Shown here: piece after piece, positions 19,201 through 26,871 of the stretch
Layout: each line of letters opens with the position of its first letter
Position numbering within the stretch: position 1 is the first letter of the stretch
Origin: Escherichia phage JohannLBurckhardt
Reading direction: 5' to 3' (one strand)
Length of the DNA: 49,715 nucleotides
Sequence record: MZ501085
The notes under the pieces: generated by a model
Databases searched by the model: none
What the model was told of the DNA's origin: nothing
The model's input: only the letters and a program-made list of their open reading frames with translations
Translations under genes and position numbers: made by a program

Positions 19201-19759
19201 TATCAGCCAGGTTAACCAGGCGATTGCTAACGAGGCTTCCGCGCGATCCTCAGCAGATACGGCGTTATCTACTCGGATCGGAAACACTGAGTCAGCAGTA
19301 ACGCAGAAACTTGACTCATGGATTGATAACGGTCAAGTGGGTGCTCAGTACGCGCTCAAGCTTGGGATTAAGAGCGGCGGCCTTGAGTACACCTCTGGTG
19401 TCTCATTGTCTCTTGTGCAAACTGGATCCGGCGTTCAATCTCAATTCCTGGTAGATGCGGCCAGGTTTGGGGTAATGACTCAACAGGGGGGCAGCTACAC
19501 ATTGCCGTTTGTAGTTGATAATGGAACGGTTATCATGAATACGGCGCTAATTAAAAACGGCTCTATAACCAACGCAATGATTGGTAACGTGATTCAGTCA
19601 AACGATTATGTTGCTGGTTATTCCGGTTGGAGGCTGGACAAAAACGGAAACCTTGAGATTAACGGCAGAGCCGGAAATGGCAGACTGACCATTAACAACA
19701 ACATTATCGCGGTTTACGATGGTAATGGCGTCTTGAGGGTTCGAATGGGATTGTTCTAA
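16223..19759 (+). CDS. host specificity / central tail fibre protein (lambda gpJ-like)
   Basis: 1178 aa from ATG 16223 (RBS CTGGAGG); largest tail gene after M/L/K/I-like genes; C-terminal tandem NETEAR-type repeats. Confidence 0.85.
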   Translation: MISGNKGGSSKPYTPKEMEDNLISINKIKILLAVSDGEVDGEFSLKNLYLDDVPVQNADGSINYSGVSAEFRPGTQTQDYIKGFSDTSSEITIQRDLAQNNPYSIAVTNKSLSAIRIKILMPQGYKQEDNGDLVGVSVQYAVDMAVDGGSFQRVLTDTITGKTTSGYDRSQRIDLPAFNEQVILRVSRITPDSNTSRVVDAIRLQSYAEVVDAKFRYPLTGLVYVEFDSELFPTQLPNISIKKKWKLIKVPVNYDPDSRTYSGSWNGLFKTAWSNNPAWVLYDLITNQRYGLDQRELGIEIDKWSIYEAAQYCDQMVPDGKGGLEPRYLCDVVIQSQIEAFNLIRDICSIFRGMSFWNGESLSIVVDKPRDPSYIFSNDNVVNGDFQYTFASEKSMYTQCNVTFDDEQNMYSQDIEGVFDTEAALRFGHNPTSITAIGCTRRSEANRRGRWILKTNLRSTTVNFATGLEGMIPTIGDVIAIADNFWASNLTLNLSGRVMEVSGLQVFLPFRVDARHGDFILINKPDGKPVKRTISRVSADGKTIELNVGFGFDVKPDTVFAIDRTDLALQQYVVTGITRGDDTEQFTYSITAVEYDPNKYDEIDYGVNIDDRPTSIVNPGVMKAPENVQVSSYSRIVQGQSVETMVVSWDKVEYASLYEVQWRKDNSNWLNVPQTANKEVSVEGIYSGNYFVRVRSVSASGSTSPWSEIVSAALTGKVGEPSAPINLTASDDEIFGIRIKWGMPEGSGDTAYVELQQAPDVDGRASEENATLLTLVPYPQMEYWHATLPPGYINWYRVRSVDRIGNVSAWTDFARGMSSTNVDDILGDILDDILNSAGFDEFKENAVDTANKVKDQAQSVIQNALAIDTNLRWNRVENGKRKAEHGQALELIANETEARIQAVDILRTEFDEGISSGITEVKSLISNESETRAQQVQQLESTFTTEIGKTNANVSSAQQAIANETEARTQAVSSLDAKFSGQIDGVNQEIASNISQVNQAIANEASARSSADTALSTRIGNTESAVTQKLDSWIDNGQVGAQYALKLGIKSGGLEYTSGVSLSLVQTGSGVQSQFLVDAARFGVMTQQGGSYTLPFVVDNGTVIMNTALIKNGSITNAMIGNVIQSNDYVAGYSGWRLDKNGNLEINGRAGNGRLTINNNIIAVYDGNGVLRVRMGLF

Positions 19760-19766
19760 TAGAAAA

Positions 19767-19793
19767 GGGAGCCTTTCGGCTCCCTCTTTTTTT
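19767..19793 (+). terminator. rho-independent terminator
   Basis: AGGGAGCC-tttc-GGCTCCCT followed by 8 T. Confidence 0.85.
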
Positions 19794-20124
19794 ACATCAA
19801 TTTGTTGTGGTCTACAGGGGTTCTGTTTGTTTGCTTAGTGATCATATCGAGCTTGTATTCATCGCCGCGATTCCACTCGAAGCGAAGGGTATACGTGTTA
19901 GCGTCACCGTAACACATTACGTGCTTGAATTTGCGCAAGTGCTTGTCAAAGATCACGTTTGTGCTCTCCTCAATCTTCACCGTTCGATCCGAGCAGTTTA
20001 CAACGGCGACGGTTGAGCCAGTAAGAGACATTCTGGAAGCGTCAACCGGATAGCCGATATTAACGTTCAAAGCCATAGCGTTTAAAGGTGCTACAAGAGC
20101 CATAGCGAGCATGATTTTTTTCAT
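19792..20124 (-). CDS. secreted/periplasmic protein with signal peptide; candidate superinfection-exclusion (Cor/Llp-like) protein
   Basis: 110 aa from ATG 20124 (RBS GAGGA); N-terminus MKKIMLAMALVAPLNAMA is a signal peptide; sits directly downstream of gene J on the opposite strand with its own promoter motif. Confidence 0.45.
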   Translation of the reverse strand: MKKIMLAMALVAPLNAMALNVNIGYPVDASRMSLTGSTVAVVNCSDRTVKIEESTNVIFDKHLRKFKHVMCYGDANTYTLRFEWNRGDEYKLDMITKQTNRTPVDHNKLM

Positions 20125-20155
20125 TGGTATTTCCTCGATTCGTTGATTTGAATTG

Positions 20156-20199
20156 ATTATAGACACCAATCAGGACGGATGTTTAGCAATTCGTGCTAT
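20156..20199 (-). promoter_or_regulatory. palindrome-type promoter element (site m)
   Basis: On - strand: TAGCA-cgaat-TGCTA, 22 nt, TATAAT; TAA stop of upstream gene abuts motif; leader has CAACGAA. Confidence 0.55.
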
Positions 20200-20849
20200 T
20201 AGTTCCATCCGAGGAATTTAGCCATTGGGATCTTAAAGTTTCCGCGCCCGTTAAAGATATCGTTAAAACCTCGCTGATTTCGCTTTATCCACGTTGTCTG
20301 CAATTCCGAGCCAGTCCAGCGCATTAGGTTTCCAGAATATCCGCTAACCACTCCGTCGTCGCTGATTTCACCCACGCACGACTCCCACAGAAAGAATGGG
20401 TTGTAACCAGGGTAAACGCTCGCAATGTTACCCTCAAGAGGCCAGTTTCCGGCAACCTCAAGGAATCCAGTAACGCGAGGCATTGAAGCAGCGCCAACGG
20501 CAGACCAGATCAATTGACCCGAACCGTCGAAAACGTCAAGCACTCCAGATGGAAAGTTTGCGTTTCTCGTTGTCCTGATAACGCGTATTGAGTTGGGGAG
20601 AAATAAGTTATCTCCAGGGAATCCCCAAGCGCCGTTAAAAAGGAATTGCACCCAATGCAAGTATCCATCCTGCTTCCAGTAGTTTTGGTTTAGCGATGCC
20701 AGCGAGCTAACATTTCCAAACGGGGTGTTTAGATTGTAATCGCCAGTGTTTAAGTATGTTGGGGTGTACGACGAATGATAGATCGTGTGTTTCTGATCTG
20801 AATTAATCATCATCGCGCCAGAGTTATTGTATACCTCAAAACCAGGCAT
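20199..20849 (-). CDS. hypothetical protein (Asn/Gly/Tyr-rich), paralog of 20859..21158
   Basis: 216 aa; RBS GGAGGT; contains two copies of the SG(L/V)xxxDG(A/S)G(N/Q)LI module found at the N-terminus of the neighbouring ORF. Confidence 0.6.
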   Translation of the reverse strand: MPGFEVYNNSGAMMINSDQKHTIYHSSYTPTYLNTGDYNLNTPFGNVSSLASLNQNYWKQDGYLHWVQFLFNGAWGFPGDNLFLPNSIRVIRTTRNANFPSGVLDVFDGSGQLIWSAVGAASMPRVTGFLEVAGNWPLEGNIASVYPGYNPFFLWESCVGEISDDGVVSGYSGNLMRWTGSELQTTWIKRNQRGFNDIFNGRGNFKIPMAKFLGWN

Positions 20850-20858
20850 ATTACCTCC

Positions 20859-21158
20859 CTAATTAAATTTATAAACTTCAATATCCATAACAACATCGCT
20901 AAACGGGTTGCTGGTTGGTAGATATATCACATCAACCGCACCGTCCCGCGTAACGCACGCGTAAGAGCTTCCTATGTAGGCGTTAGACCACTTTATAGCG
21001 GCAAACGAGTTGTAGCCGTTTATACCCCCAACGGCAAACGAAACGATCGCGGTTGTTCGAGGGAATACTATTTGCTGGCGATGCACAAAACGAGTGCTGA
21101 AGTCGCCCAGGTCAACAATCAGATTCCCCGCCCCATCCCACGCTTGAAGACCAGACAT
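20859..21158 (-). CDS. hypothetical protein
   Basis: 99 aa; RBS GAGGTGG; first gene of - strand operon transcribed from the AT-rich region. Confidence 0.6.
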   Translation of the reverse strand: MSGLQAWDGAGNLIVDLGDFSTRFVHRQQIVFPRTTAIVSFAVGGINGYNSFAAIKWSNAYIGSSYACVTRDGAVDVIYLPTSNPFSDVVMDIEVYKFN

Positions 21159-21194
21159 AATGCCACCTCACTAGTTTGCTTGTTAAGTGCATTT

Positions 21195-21223
21195 AATATA
21201 CAGGCGTGGCGTAATCATTTCAA
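21195..21223 (-). promoter_or_regulatory. sigma70-like promoter for - strand cluster
   Basis: On - strand TTGAAA - 17 nt - TATATT about 37 nt upstream of ATG 21158. Confidence 0.45.
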
Positions 21224-21343
21224 TAACAAGTGAGAATCCTTGCCGTTATTGTTTTTCTTGTTTCTCGGTGTTCTCTATTGCACCCACCGCAGAATCGCAC
21301 AACGTTTCAGAACAGAAAAAACAAATAAATCATCTATAATATA

Positions 21344-21384
21344 TAATAAAATCAATAGTTTAGTTTATATGTATTTGTATATTG
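21344..21384 (+). repeat. AT-rich conserved block, copy 1 (direct repeat with 40699..40737)
   Basis: TAATAAAATCAATAGTTTA identical 19-mer plus similar flanks in both AT-rich intergenic regions. Confidence 0.7.
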
Positions 21385-21606
21385 TTATTTATTGTTTCCA
21401 CTGTTTCAGTGTTAATTGATGCACTGGCTTGCTTTCGTCTGGATATCTCTATTAGCCATTTGATGTGTGTATTTATATAAACCCCACCGCAAATCCGCGA
21501 ACAATGAAACAAAAAATAACGACGTTTAAAATCATGCACTTAATCGCTGATTTTGTTATCTTGGTTGAAAGATGCGTTTCGAGAACAGAAAAAACAATTG
21601 ATGGTA

Positions 21607-21634
21607 TTGACTAAACGCCACAAATGGCTACAAT
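21607..21634 (+). promoter_or_regulatory. sigma70-like promoter for recombination module
   Basis: TTGACT - 16 nt - TACAAT, about 30 nt upstream of ATG 21665. Confidence 0.55.
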
Positions 21635-21664
21635 GCACGTATACCAACACACAGGAGCGAAAGA

Positions 21665-22723
21665 ATGAGTGAGTTTAAAGTTTTCACTAGCGCAGAAATG
21701 CCAAACAGTGAGTATCACGATCCGAATAGCTGGACGGCTGAGTACACAAGCGGATCGAATCTGGCTGAGGTTTTCCAGTCCTCACCAGCATCCTGGAAAT
21801 TCAAAGAGCGAGACGACAACGCAAAGCCGCTAATTTTCGGCACTCAGTCGCATACAAACTTTGAGAGCAAGGCACTGTTTGAGGCTCAATATCGCAGAGC
21901 GCCAGCGCCGGAGGAGTTCAAGGATCTTATTACCAGTCAAACGGCTCTCGCTGCGAAACTGAAATCTTTCGGCCTGAAAGGTACAAGCGGGAAGCAGTAT
22001 CCAGATCTGATTAAGATGATGGTTGATTGTGGTGAGGATTTGCAGGTTCAATGGCTGATTGAAATGATCGCAGAATCAGAAGCGCGTGCTGCTGGAGTCG
22101 AGCTTGTAAACGCAAAAGATTATGACGCTTGTGTAGCCATGCGCCAGGTTCTTGAGTCGATACCGGAGCATAACGCGTGCATGAACAGCCCAACCGCGCA
22201 GCGCGAGCTTTCGATTTTTGGCGTTATCAACGGCGTCAAGGTAAAAGTCAGACTGGATCACATTGACGAATGCGAAAACGTAGAGTTTACGCTAATCACT
22301 GGATATGACGACAAAGGACAACCAATTTGCGAAGACGTTGTTTATCCTGAGGCTATTGTGATCACGGACTACAAAACCACAATGAGTGCCAACCCCCTCG
22401 AATTTGAGCGCCTGGCATTCAATCACGGCTACTATTTAAAAATGGCCTTGCAGCATGATTTATTCCGCAAGGCTTACCCGAACGAAACGCGCCCCATAGT
22501 GGTTCGACTGCTGGCGCAGGAGAAGAAAAAGCCTTACTTGCCGCTGGCGTACCGCATGAACAGCGAGCAACTCAAGATCGGGCGCATTCAGTACATGAGC
22601 GTGATCAATCAGTTTGCAATGTGCCAGGCGCATAACATCTGGCCTTCATACGCAAACGGAGCGCCGGAGGTTTCACTGACCACTCCTGATTGGGTGAGAC
22701 GCCAGTACAAAGAATTTCTGTAA
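21665..22723 (+). CDS. PD-(D/E)XK recombination exonuclease (RecB/Cas4/YqaJ-like)
   Basis: 352 aa; D..(ITDYK) nuclease motif order; first gene of module that also has Erf and SSB. Confidence 0.6.
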   Translation: MSEFKVFTSAEMPNSEYHDPNSWTAEYTSGSNLAEVFQSSPASWKFKERDDNAKPLIFGTQSHTNFESKALFEAQYRRAPAPEEFKDLITSQTALAAKLKSFGLKGTSGKQYPDLIKMMVDCGEDLQVQWLIEMIAESEARAAGVELVNAKDYDACVAMRQVLESIPEHNACMNSPTAQRELSIFGVINGVKVKVRLDHIDECENVEFTLITGYDDKGQPICEDVVYPEAIVITDYKTTMSANPLEFERLAFNHGYYLKMALQHDLFRKAYPNETRPIVVRLLAQEKKKPYLPLAYRMNSEQLKIGRIQYMSVINQFAMCQAHNIWPSYANGAPEVSLTTPDWVRRQYKEFL

Positions 22724-22724
22724 A

Positions 22725-22739
22725 CAGCACAAATAGCTA
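22725..22739 (+). promoter_or_regulatory. degenerate palindrome copy CAGCA-caaat-AGCTA
   Basis: Directly after the exonuclease TAA stop, 25 nt before next ATG; no -10 at the canonical spacing. Confidence 0.3.
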
Positions 22740-22764
22740 AACAAGTGAAAATGGAGGTGTTATA

Positions 22765-23094
22765 ATGCCTCCATCAAGTCAACAAAGAGAGGATATCAAA
22801 ATGGAAAACATCACCAATGAAGAAATGATTAGCGCGGTATGTGAAGCTCATATGCGTATGTTTGTACACCGCGTCACTTTCGCAATGAAGGACTTTGTTA
22901 AGCCTCTTAATCCGGCAGACGGCGAAGAAGAAATGAAATACATCCGTGATGTGATGGAGGCGGTTGACAACGTTGTGGCGACTGCGCTGATGGTCAAAGA
23001 GGATCCAGAAGCAATCAAGATGATGAAGGAATCCACCGACAAGCTGATCAATCAGCTTATCGAGATCCATAACGGCGGCGAAGTTAAGCACTAA
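22765..23094 (+). CDS. hypothetical protein
   Basis: 109 aa; RBS GGAGG 7 nt upstream (alternative start 22801). Confidence 0.5.
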   Translation: MPPSSQQREDIKMENITNEEMISAVCEAHMRMFVHRVTFAMKDFVKPLNPADGEEEMKYIRDVMEAVDNVVATALMVKEDPEAIKMMKESTDKLINQLIEIHNGGEVKH

Positions 23095-23134
23095 TTAATA
23101 ACAGGCGGCGAGAGCCGCCTTTAAGGAGAAAGAA

Positions 23135-23788
23135 ATGAAGTTATCCGAGAAATTTGACGAGATTTTGCCAGCACTGCACAAAGCGCGAAGCCAGTTTGTT
23201 AAGGTAAAGAAAGATCGCCAAAACACACACCTAAAAAACAAATACGCCACCCTTGATAGCGTTCTTGACGCAATCACGCCAGCGCTTACTGATAATTCTC
23301 TAATGGTCATGCAGGACATGATCGAGAACGAGTTGGGAGGGAAAATTAAGGTTGAAACAACCGTCATGCATGTTTCCGGTCAGTGGGTGAAATTCTACGT
23401 GGAAATACCAATCGTTAAGAACGATCCGCAAGGCGTAGGATCCGCGTTCACATACGCACGACGCTACGCGCTCGCAGCCGCTTTCGGTTTGAGCCAGGCA
23501 GACGACGACGCGCAAATCGCTGTTAAATCTGCGCAGGATTGGAAGCGCGATATTGAAAAATGCTATAACGTTGACGACCTGCAAAAAGTCCTTAAAGCCG
23601 CATGGCAATCATGCGACGCAGCAAGCAAGCAGATCGTAAAAGAACATTATGAGCGACGCAAAGCAGAGATTGAGATCGGAAGCGCTCGCGGGTTTAGCGC
23701 CGCCACTCCAAAGCAAAACCTTGCCCCAAAGGTTGACGAGCCGCAAAATCAAGCTGTAGAATCTCAGCCAATCACCAGTTTTGAATGA
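23135..23788 (+). CDS. Erf-like single-strand annealing protein
   Basis: 217 aa; [18 protein letters not shown] segment typical of Erf family; strong RBS AAGGAGAAAG. Confidence 0.7.
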   Translation: MKLSEKFDEILPALHKARSQFVKVKKDRQNTHLKNKYATLDSVLDAITPALTDNSLMVMQDMIENELGGKIKVETTVMHVSGQWVKFYVEIPIVKNDPQGVGSAFTYARRYALAAAFGLSQADDDAQIAVKSAQDWKRDIEKCYNVDDLQKVLKAAWQSCDAASKQIVKEHYERRKAEIEIGSARGFSAATPKQNLAPKVDEPQNQAVESQPITSFE

Positions 23789-23830
23789 TAACTCGGGGCG
23801 CTAGCCGCCCCAATTTTACAGGAGAAAGCA

Positions 23831-24253
23831 ATGCACATTATCACCGGAGAAATTCGAAAAGAGCCTCGAATCAAGCAGACTCAAAACGGCACTCTATACG
23901 TTGTTGAGTTATCAGAGCGCTATAAAGATCGAGAAGGTAACGCTCAATACACGAACTACACGTTTTTCTTTAATGCTCGCGCCGGATCTGAGGGAATGAA
24001 AAACTGGTATGATGAAGCGTTCCAGGTTGGCAAGGTAATCTCTGTTTCTTGCGAAACGCTAAAGGCTGAATTGCGAGAGTATGAGGGCAAGACGTATGTC
24101 ACCATGCAAGCGGCAGACTTCCCGAAACTGCTGTTTAGCCAGCGCGGAGGCGCAGCGCCACAACAGCAAAGCAAACCGCGACAGCAAGCGCAGAGCCAAC
24201 CACGGCAGAGCCAAGAGCCGCCGATTGACTTTGACGACGATATCCCATTCTAA
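23831..24253 (+). CDS. ssb: single-stranded DNA-binding protein
   Basis: 140 aa; Gln/Pro-rich linker and acidic C-terminal tail DFDDDIPF characteristic of SSB. Confidence 0.85.
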   Translation: MHIITGEIRKEPRIKQTQNGTLYVVELSERYKDREGNAQYTNYTFFFNARAGSEGMKNWYDEAFQVGKVISVSCETLKAELREYEGKTYVTMQAADFPKLLFSQRGGAAPQQQSKPRQQAQSQPRQSQEPPIDFDDDIPF

Positions 24254-24283
24254 AAAGAAACCCCGCGATTGCGGGGTTTTTTG
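24252..24283. terminator. bidirectional rho-independent terminator
   Basis: A tract, CCCCGC-gatt-GCGGGG, T tract; shared by ssb (+) and the tail fibre gene (-). Confidence 0.85.
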
Positions 24284-26767
24284 TTACTTCTCAATAAGTT
24301 TTGAAATCATAGCTTTCAACTCCTCAACCTCAGCTTTAAGGTTGTCAATCTCCTCCTGCTGTTTTTCCACGATTCCTCCGATGTAGCGAGTCGCAAGCGC
24401 CGTGTCAATCATGATAACGTTGTTATCAAGCCCAAGAGTATCATCCTTGTAATCAATGATAACTGGCTTGTCTCCTTCCTTGCCATCATTATTGTCAATA
24501 ACCGGAGCGCCTGGAATGATTCGCACATATTCAGGATCGATCTCGTACAGGTCTTGCGCAATAACTCCACGACGCACGCGATTGTACTTATCAGATTTGT
24601 ACACAAACGTTGACGGCTTGAACTGCATGATGTTGTCAAATGACGCCTTACCATCATCATATTCAATATCCTTTTTCAAATCCCTGTCAGACGTTGCCAC
24701 GCGCTGAAACTCAAAGTTACCACCCCAAACGCTGTTAGTATCCCAGCATGTTATTTGGCCTGAAACGTGGAACTCAAATCCACGATGCCATGATTCATCA
24801 CCTTGCATATGGATAGCTGCGCGAGGCCATGAACTAGTGCCGCCAGATATTGCTCCAAGAGAGTAGCGCAAACGGTATCCACCAGAGCTGTAACTGCCCC
24901 CAGCAACAACCGGAGAATAGCCAGCATCATTTCCACCTACTGAGTCGGCGTAGAATGGCGCACCCATGTACTCACCATCCACAGACCAGGCGCCTTGTAT
25001 GCACTGACCTTTGAATCCGCGTTGGGCTGTGATGTGACCACCATAAGAGTTGTTGAAATCAAAATACTTCCAATCCGTACCACTATTGTTAACACCAAGT
25101 CTAACCGTTGAGATATCCGTTCCAGATCCGCGAATTGCTCCAAACTGCCAGTAACCGTTATACCAGTTACCTTGCAGGAGGTTAATCCACGAACCCGCGT
25201 TACCATCTCCAGGCACGTTTTGCAGCATAATGTTTTTATTGCCGCCGTCAGTTGTTATAACCCCAACAGCCTTACCTTGCGCAGCCCAAACATCACCGTT
25301 AGATCTCAGCAGACCAGCGCGAGCAGTGCCAGCAACGAGAATCTCCTGAAGTCCAGACATAGAACCATCTTCATTTATCTGAACATAGTTGTTTTTGCCA
25401 TTTCCAGACGTGTGGATTGTTGTCTTGCAGATCCCGCCCTGAACCTCACTATAAATCCTTGATTGACTAACGCGCGCACCGGAGGAATTTAGGTTGTCAC
25501 TAATTAATATCCCGCCGTTTGCGCCGTTCAATTGCTTACTAGTGATTTGAGCGAATGTTACAGCCTGACGTTCCCCAAGACCGAAGTTATCACGAGCGCC
25601 AGCAACATCCGTTGCACCAGTTCCACCTGATGAAATAGGGATTGGAACAGTTTGCCCGTCTTTAGTCTGCCACACGAAAAGACCGTCATTACCCAAAACC
25701 AAGCGGTGCGACAAATCAGGCGATGAAAGCAAGCTATTGCCATATGCGCTGTCTATCCACCCCAAACCCAAGTTATTAACAGCAGAGCGGCGATCAGCTA
25801 CGTCTGAAAGGTTAGCGTCCTTTCGCATTAGGTTAGTAGCGTCAAGCTGATCAGCCAAATCCGCTGCGCGTTCTGCATCGCTTTTTGCGCTTGCTGCTGA
25901 CTGCGCTGCTGCGTCTTTGCTTGCGTTCGCTTCATTTCTTGCGTTAGTTGAGATAGCCGCCGCCGCCTGAGACTCATTTTTTGATGCGTCAGAAGCCGCT
26001 GCGCTTGCCGCCGCGTTTATCTCGCTTTGTTTCGACGCGCTCTCACTTGCCGCCGCCGCGCTAGCTGATGCGCTTGCGCTCTTGCTATGCTCGAATGCAT
26101 TTCGCTCAGATTGCAGGGTGTTTGCTTCGCTTGCTGCTGCCGCATTCTTTGACGCCAGAGCCGCCTGATCGTGCGCTGCTGCTGAGTTTGCGCTGTTTTC
26201 TGCCGCCTCTCTGTAAGCGTTGGCGTTACTCTCGCTAACGTGAGCCGCTTGTGCGCTTTGACCTGCTGCGCTCTCGCTTGCTGCTGCTGCGCCAGCCGAT
26301 GCGCTTGCGCTCTGGCTATGCGCGAATGCGTTTTTTTCGGACTGCAAAGCATTTGCAGCGCTACCCGCTGCCGCTGCTGCGTTATCTTTCACTCCAGCGT
26401 CGATTGCCTCTAGCTTTTCCCAATCGAAATCTTTCAGGAATTCAATGAATCCCTCGATCATGCTTTCCTTGCCCTGGTAATAGCGCAGGGTTTCAGCTAC
26501 ATCCTGAGCCAAACCGTCAACAGTGATTGAGTCATGCAGCAGGATCACATAGTCGACCTGAGGAACGACAGCGCCGCCAGTTGAGGTGGCACGCAGTGAG
26601 GTATCATTTATGATCTCGCTAATTGTTGCATACGCAACCGGATTGGTTGCAAACACAATGGTTGCGCCTGGTCGAATAAGCGTCAACGCCGTTTTCCAGT
26701 TTGTGCCGTATCCGGTGATATATCCGTCAGCGTCCATTGACGCTTGACCCTTGCGGTAAATAGCCAT
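24284..26767 (-). CDS. L-shaped tail fibre protein with C-terminal intramolecular chaperone (peptidase S74-like) domain
   Basis: 827 aa; Ala/Ser-rich coiled region with internal duplication; C-terminal ...TSDRDLKKDIEYDDGKASFDNIMQFKP... resembles the autoproteolytic chaperone domain of T5 pb1 / endosialidase fibres. Confidence 0.8.
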   Translation of the reverse strand: MAIYRKGQASMDADGYITGYGTNWKTALTLIRPGATIVFATNPVAYATISEIINDTSLRATSTGGAVVPQVDYVILLHDSITVDGLAQDVAETLRYYQGKESMIEGFIEFLKDFDWEKLEAIDAGVKDNAAAAAGSAANALQSEKNAFAHSQSASASAGAAAASESAAGQSAQAAHVSESNANAYREAAENSANSAAAHDQAALASKNAAAASEANTLQSERNAFEHSKSASASASAAAASESASKQSEINAAASAAASDASKNESQAAAAISTNARNEANASKDAAAQSAASAKSDAERAADLADQLDATNLMRKDANLSDVADRRSAVNNLGLGWIDSAYGNSLLSSPDLSHRLVLGNDGLFVWQTKDGQTVPIPISSGGTGATDVAGARDNFGLGERQAVTFAQITSKQLNGANGGILISDNLNSSGARVSQSRIYSEVQGGICKTTIHTSGNGKNNYVQINEDGSMSGLQEILVAGTARAGLLRSNGDVWAAQGKAVGVITTDGGNKNIMLQNVPGDGNAGSWINLLQGNWYNGYWQFGAIRGSGTDISTVRLGVNNSGTDWKYFDFNNSYGGHITAQRGFKGQCIQGAWSVDGEYMGAPFYADSVGGNDAGYSPVVAGGSYSSGGYRLRYSLGAISGGTSSWPRAAIHMQGDESWHRGFEFHVSGQITCWDTNSVWGGNFEFQRVATSDRDLKKDIEYDDGKASFDNIMQFKPSTFVYKSDKYNRVRRGVIAQDLYEIDPEYVRIIPGAPVIDNNDGKEGDKPVIIDYKDDTLGLDNNVIMIDTALATRYIGGIVEKQQEEIDNLKAEVEELKAMISKLIEK

Positions 26768-26784
26768 ATGTAAACTCTCCTAAA

Positions 26785-26799
26785 TAGCACGTTTTGTTA
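26785..26799 (-). promoter_or_regulatory. palindrome copy directly upstream of tail fibre RBS
   Basis: + strand TAGCA-cgttt-TGTTA; 18 nt upstream of fibre ATG, so not a canonical motif-promoter. Confidence 0.3.
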
Positions 26800-26833
26800 A
26801 TGACAAGTCGGATTATAGCATTGCGCAAGGCAT

Positions 26834-26856
26834 AAAAAAACCCCGCCGAAGCGGGG
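26834..26856 (-). terminator. rho-independent terminator (reads on - strand)
   Basis: CCCCGC-cgaa-GCGGGG with A tract on + strand (T tract on - strand) just downstream of primase gene. Confidence 0.8.
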
Positions 26857-26871
26857 CAAGAAAGCAATGGT

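Noticed and set aside
26017-26352. 111-aa Arg/Gln-rich - strand ORF
   Set aside because: Alternative frame within the Ala/Ser-rich repeat region of the tail fibre gene; GC-rich repeat artefact.
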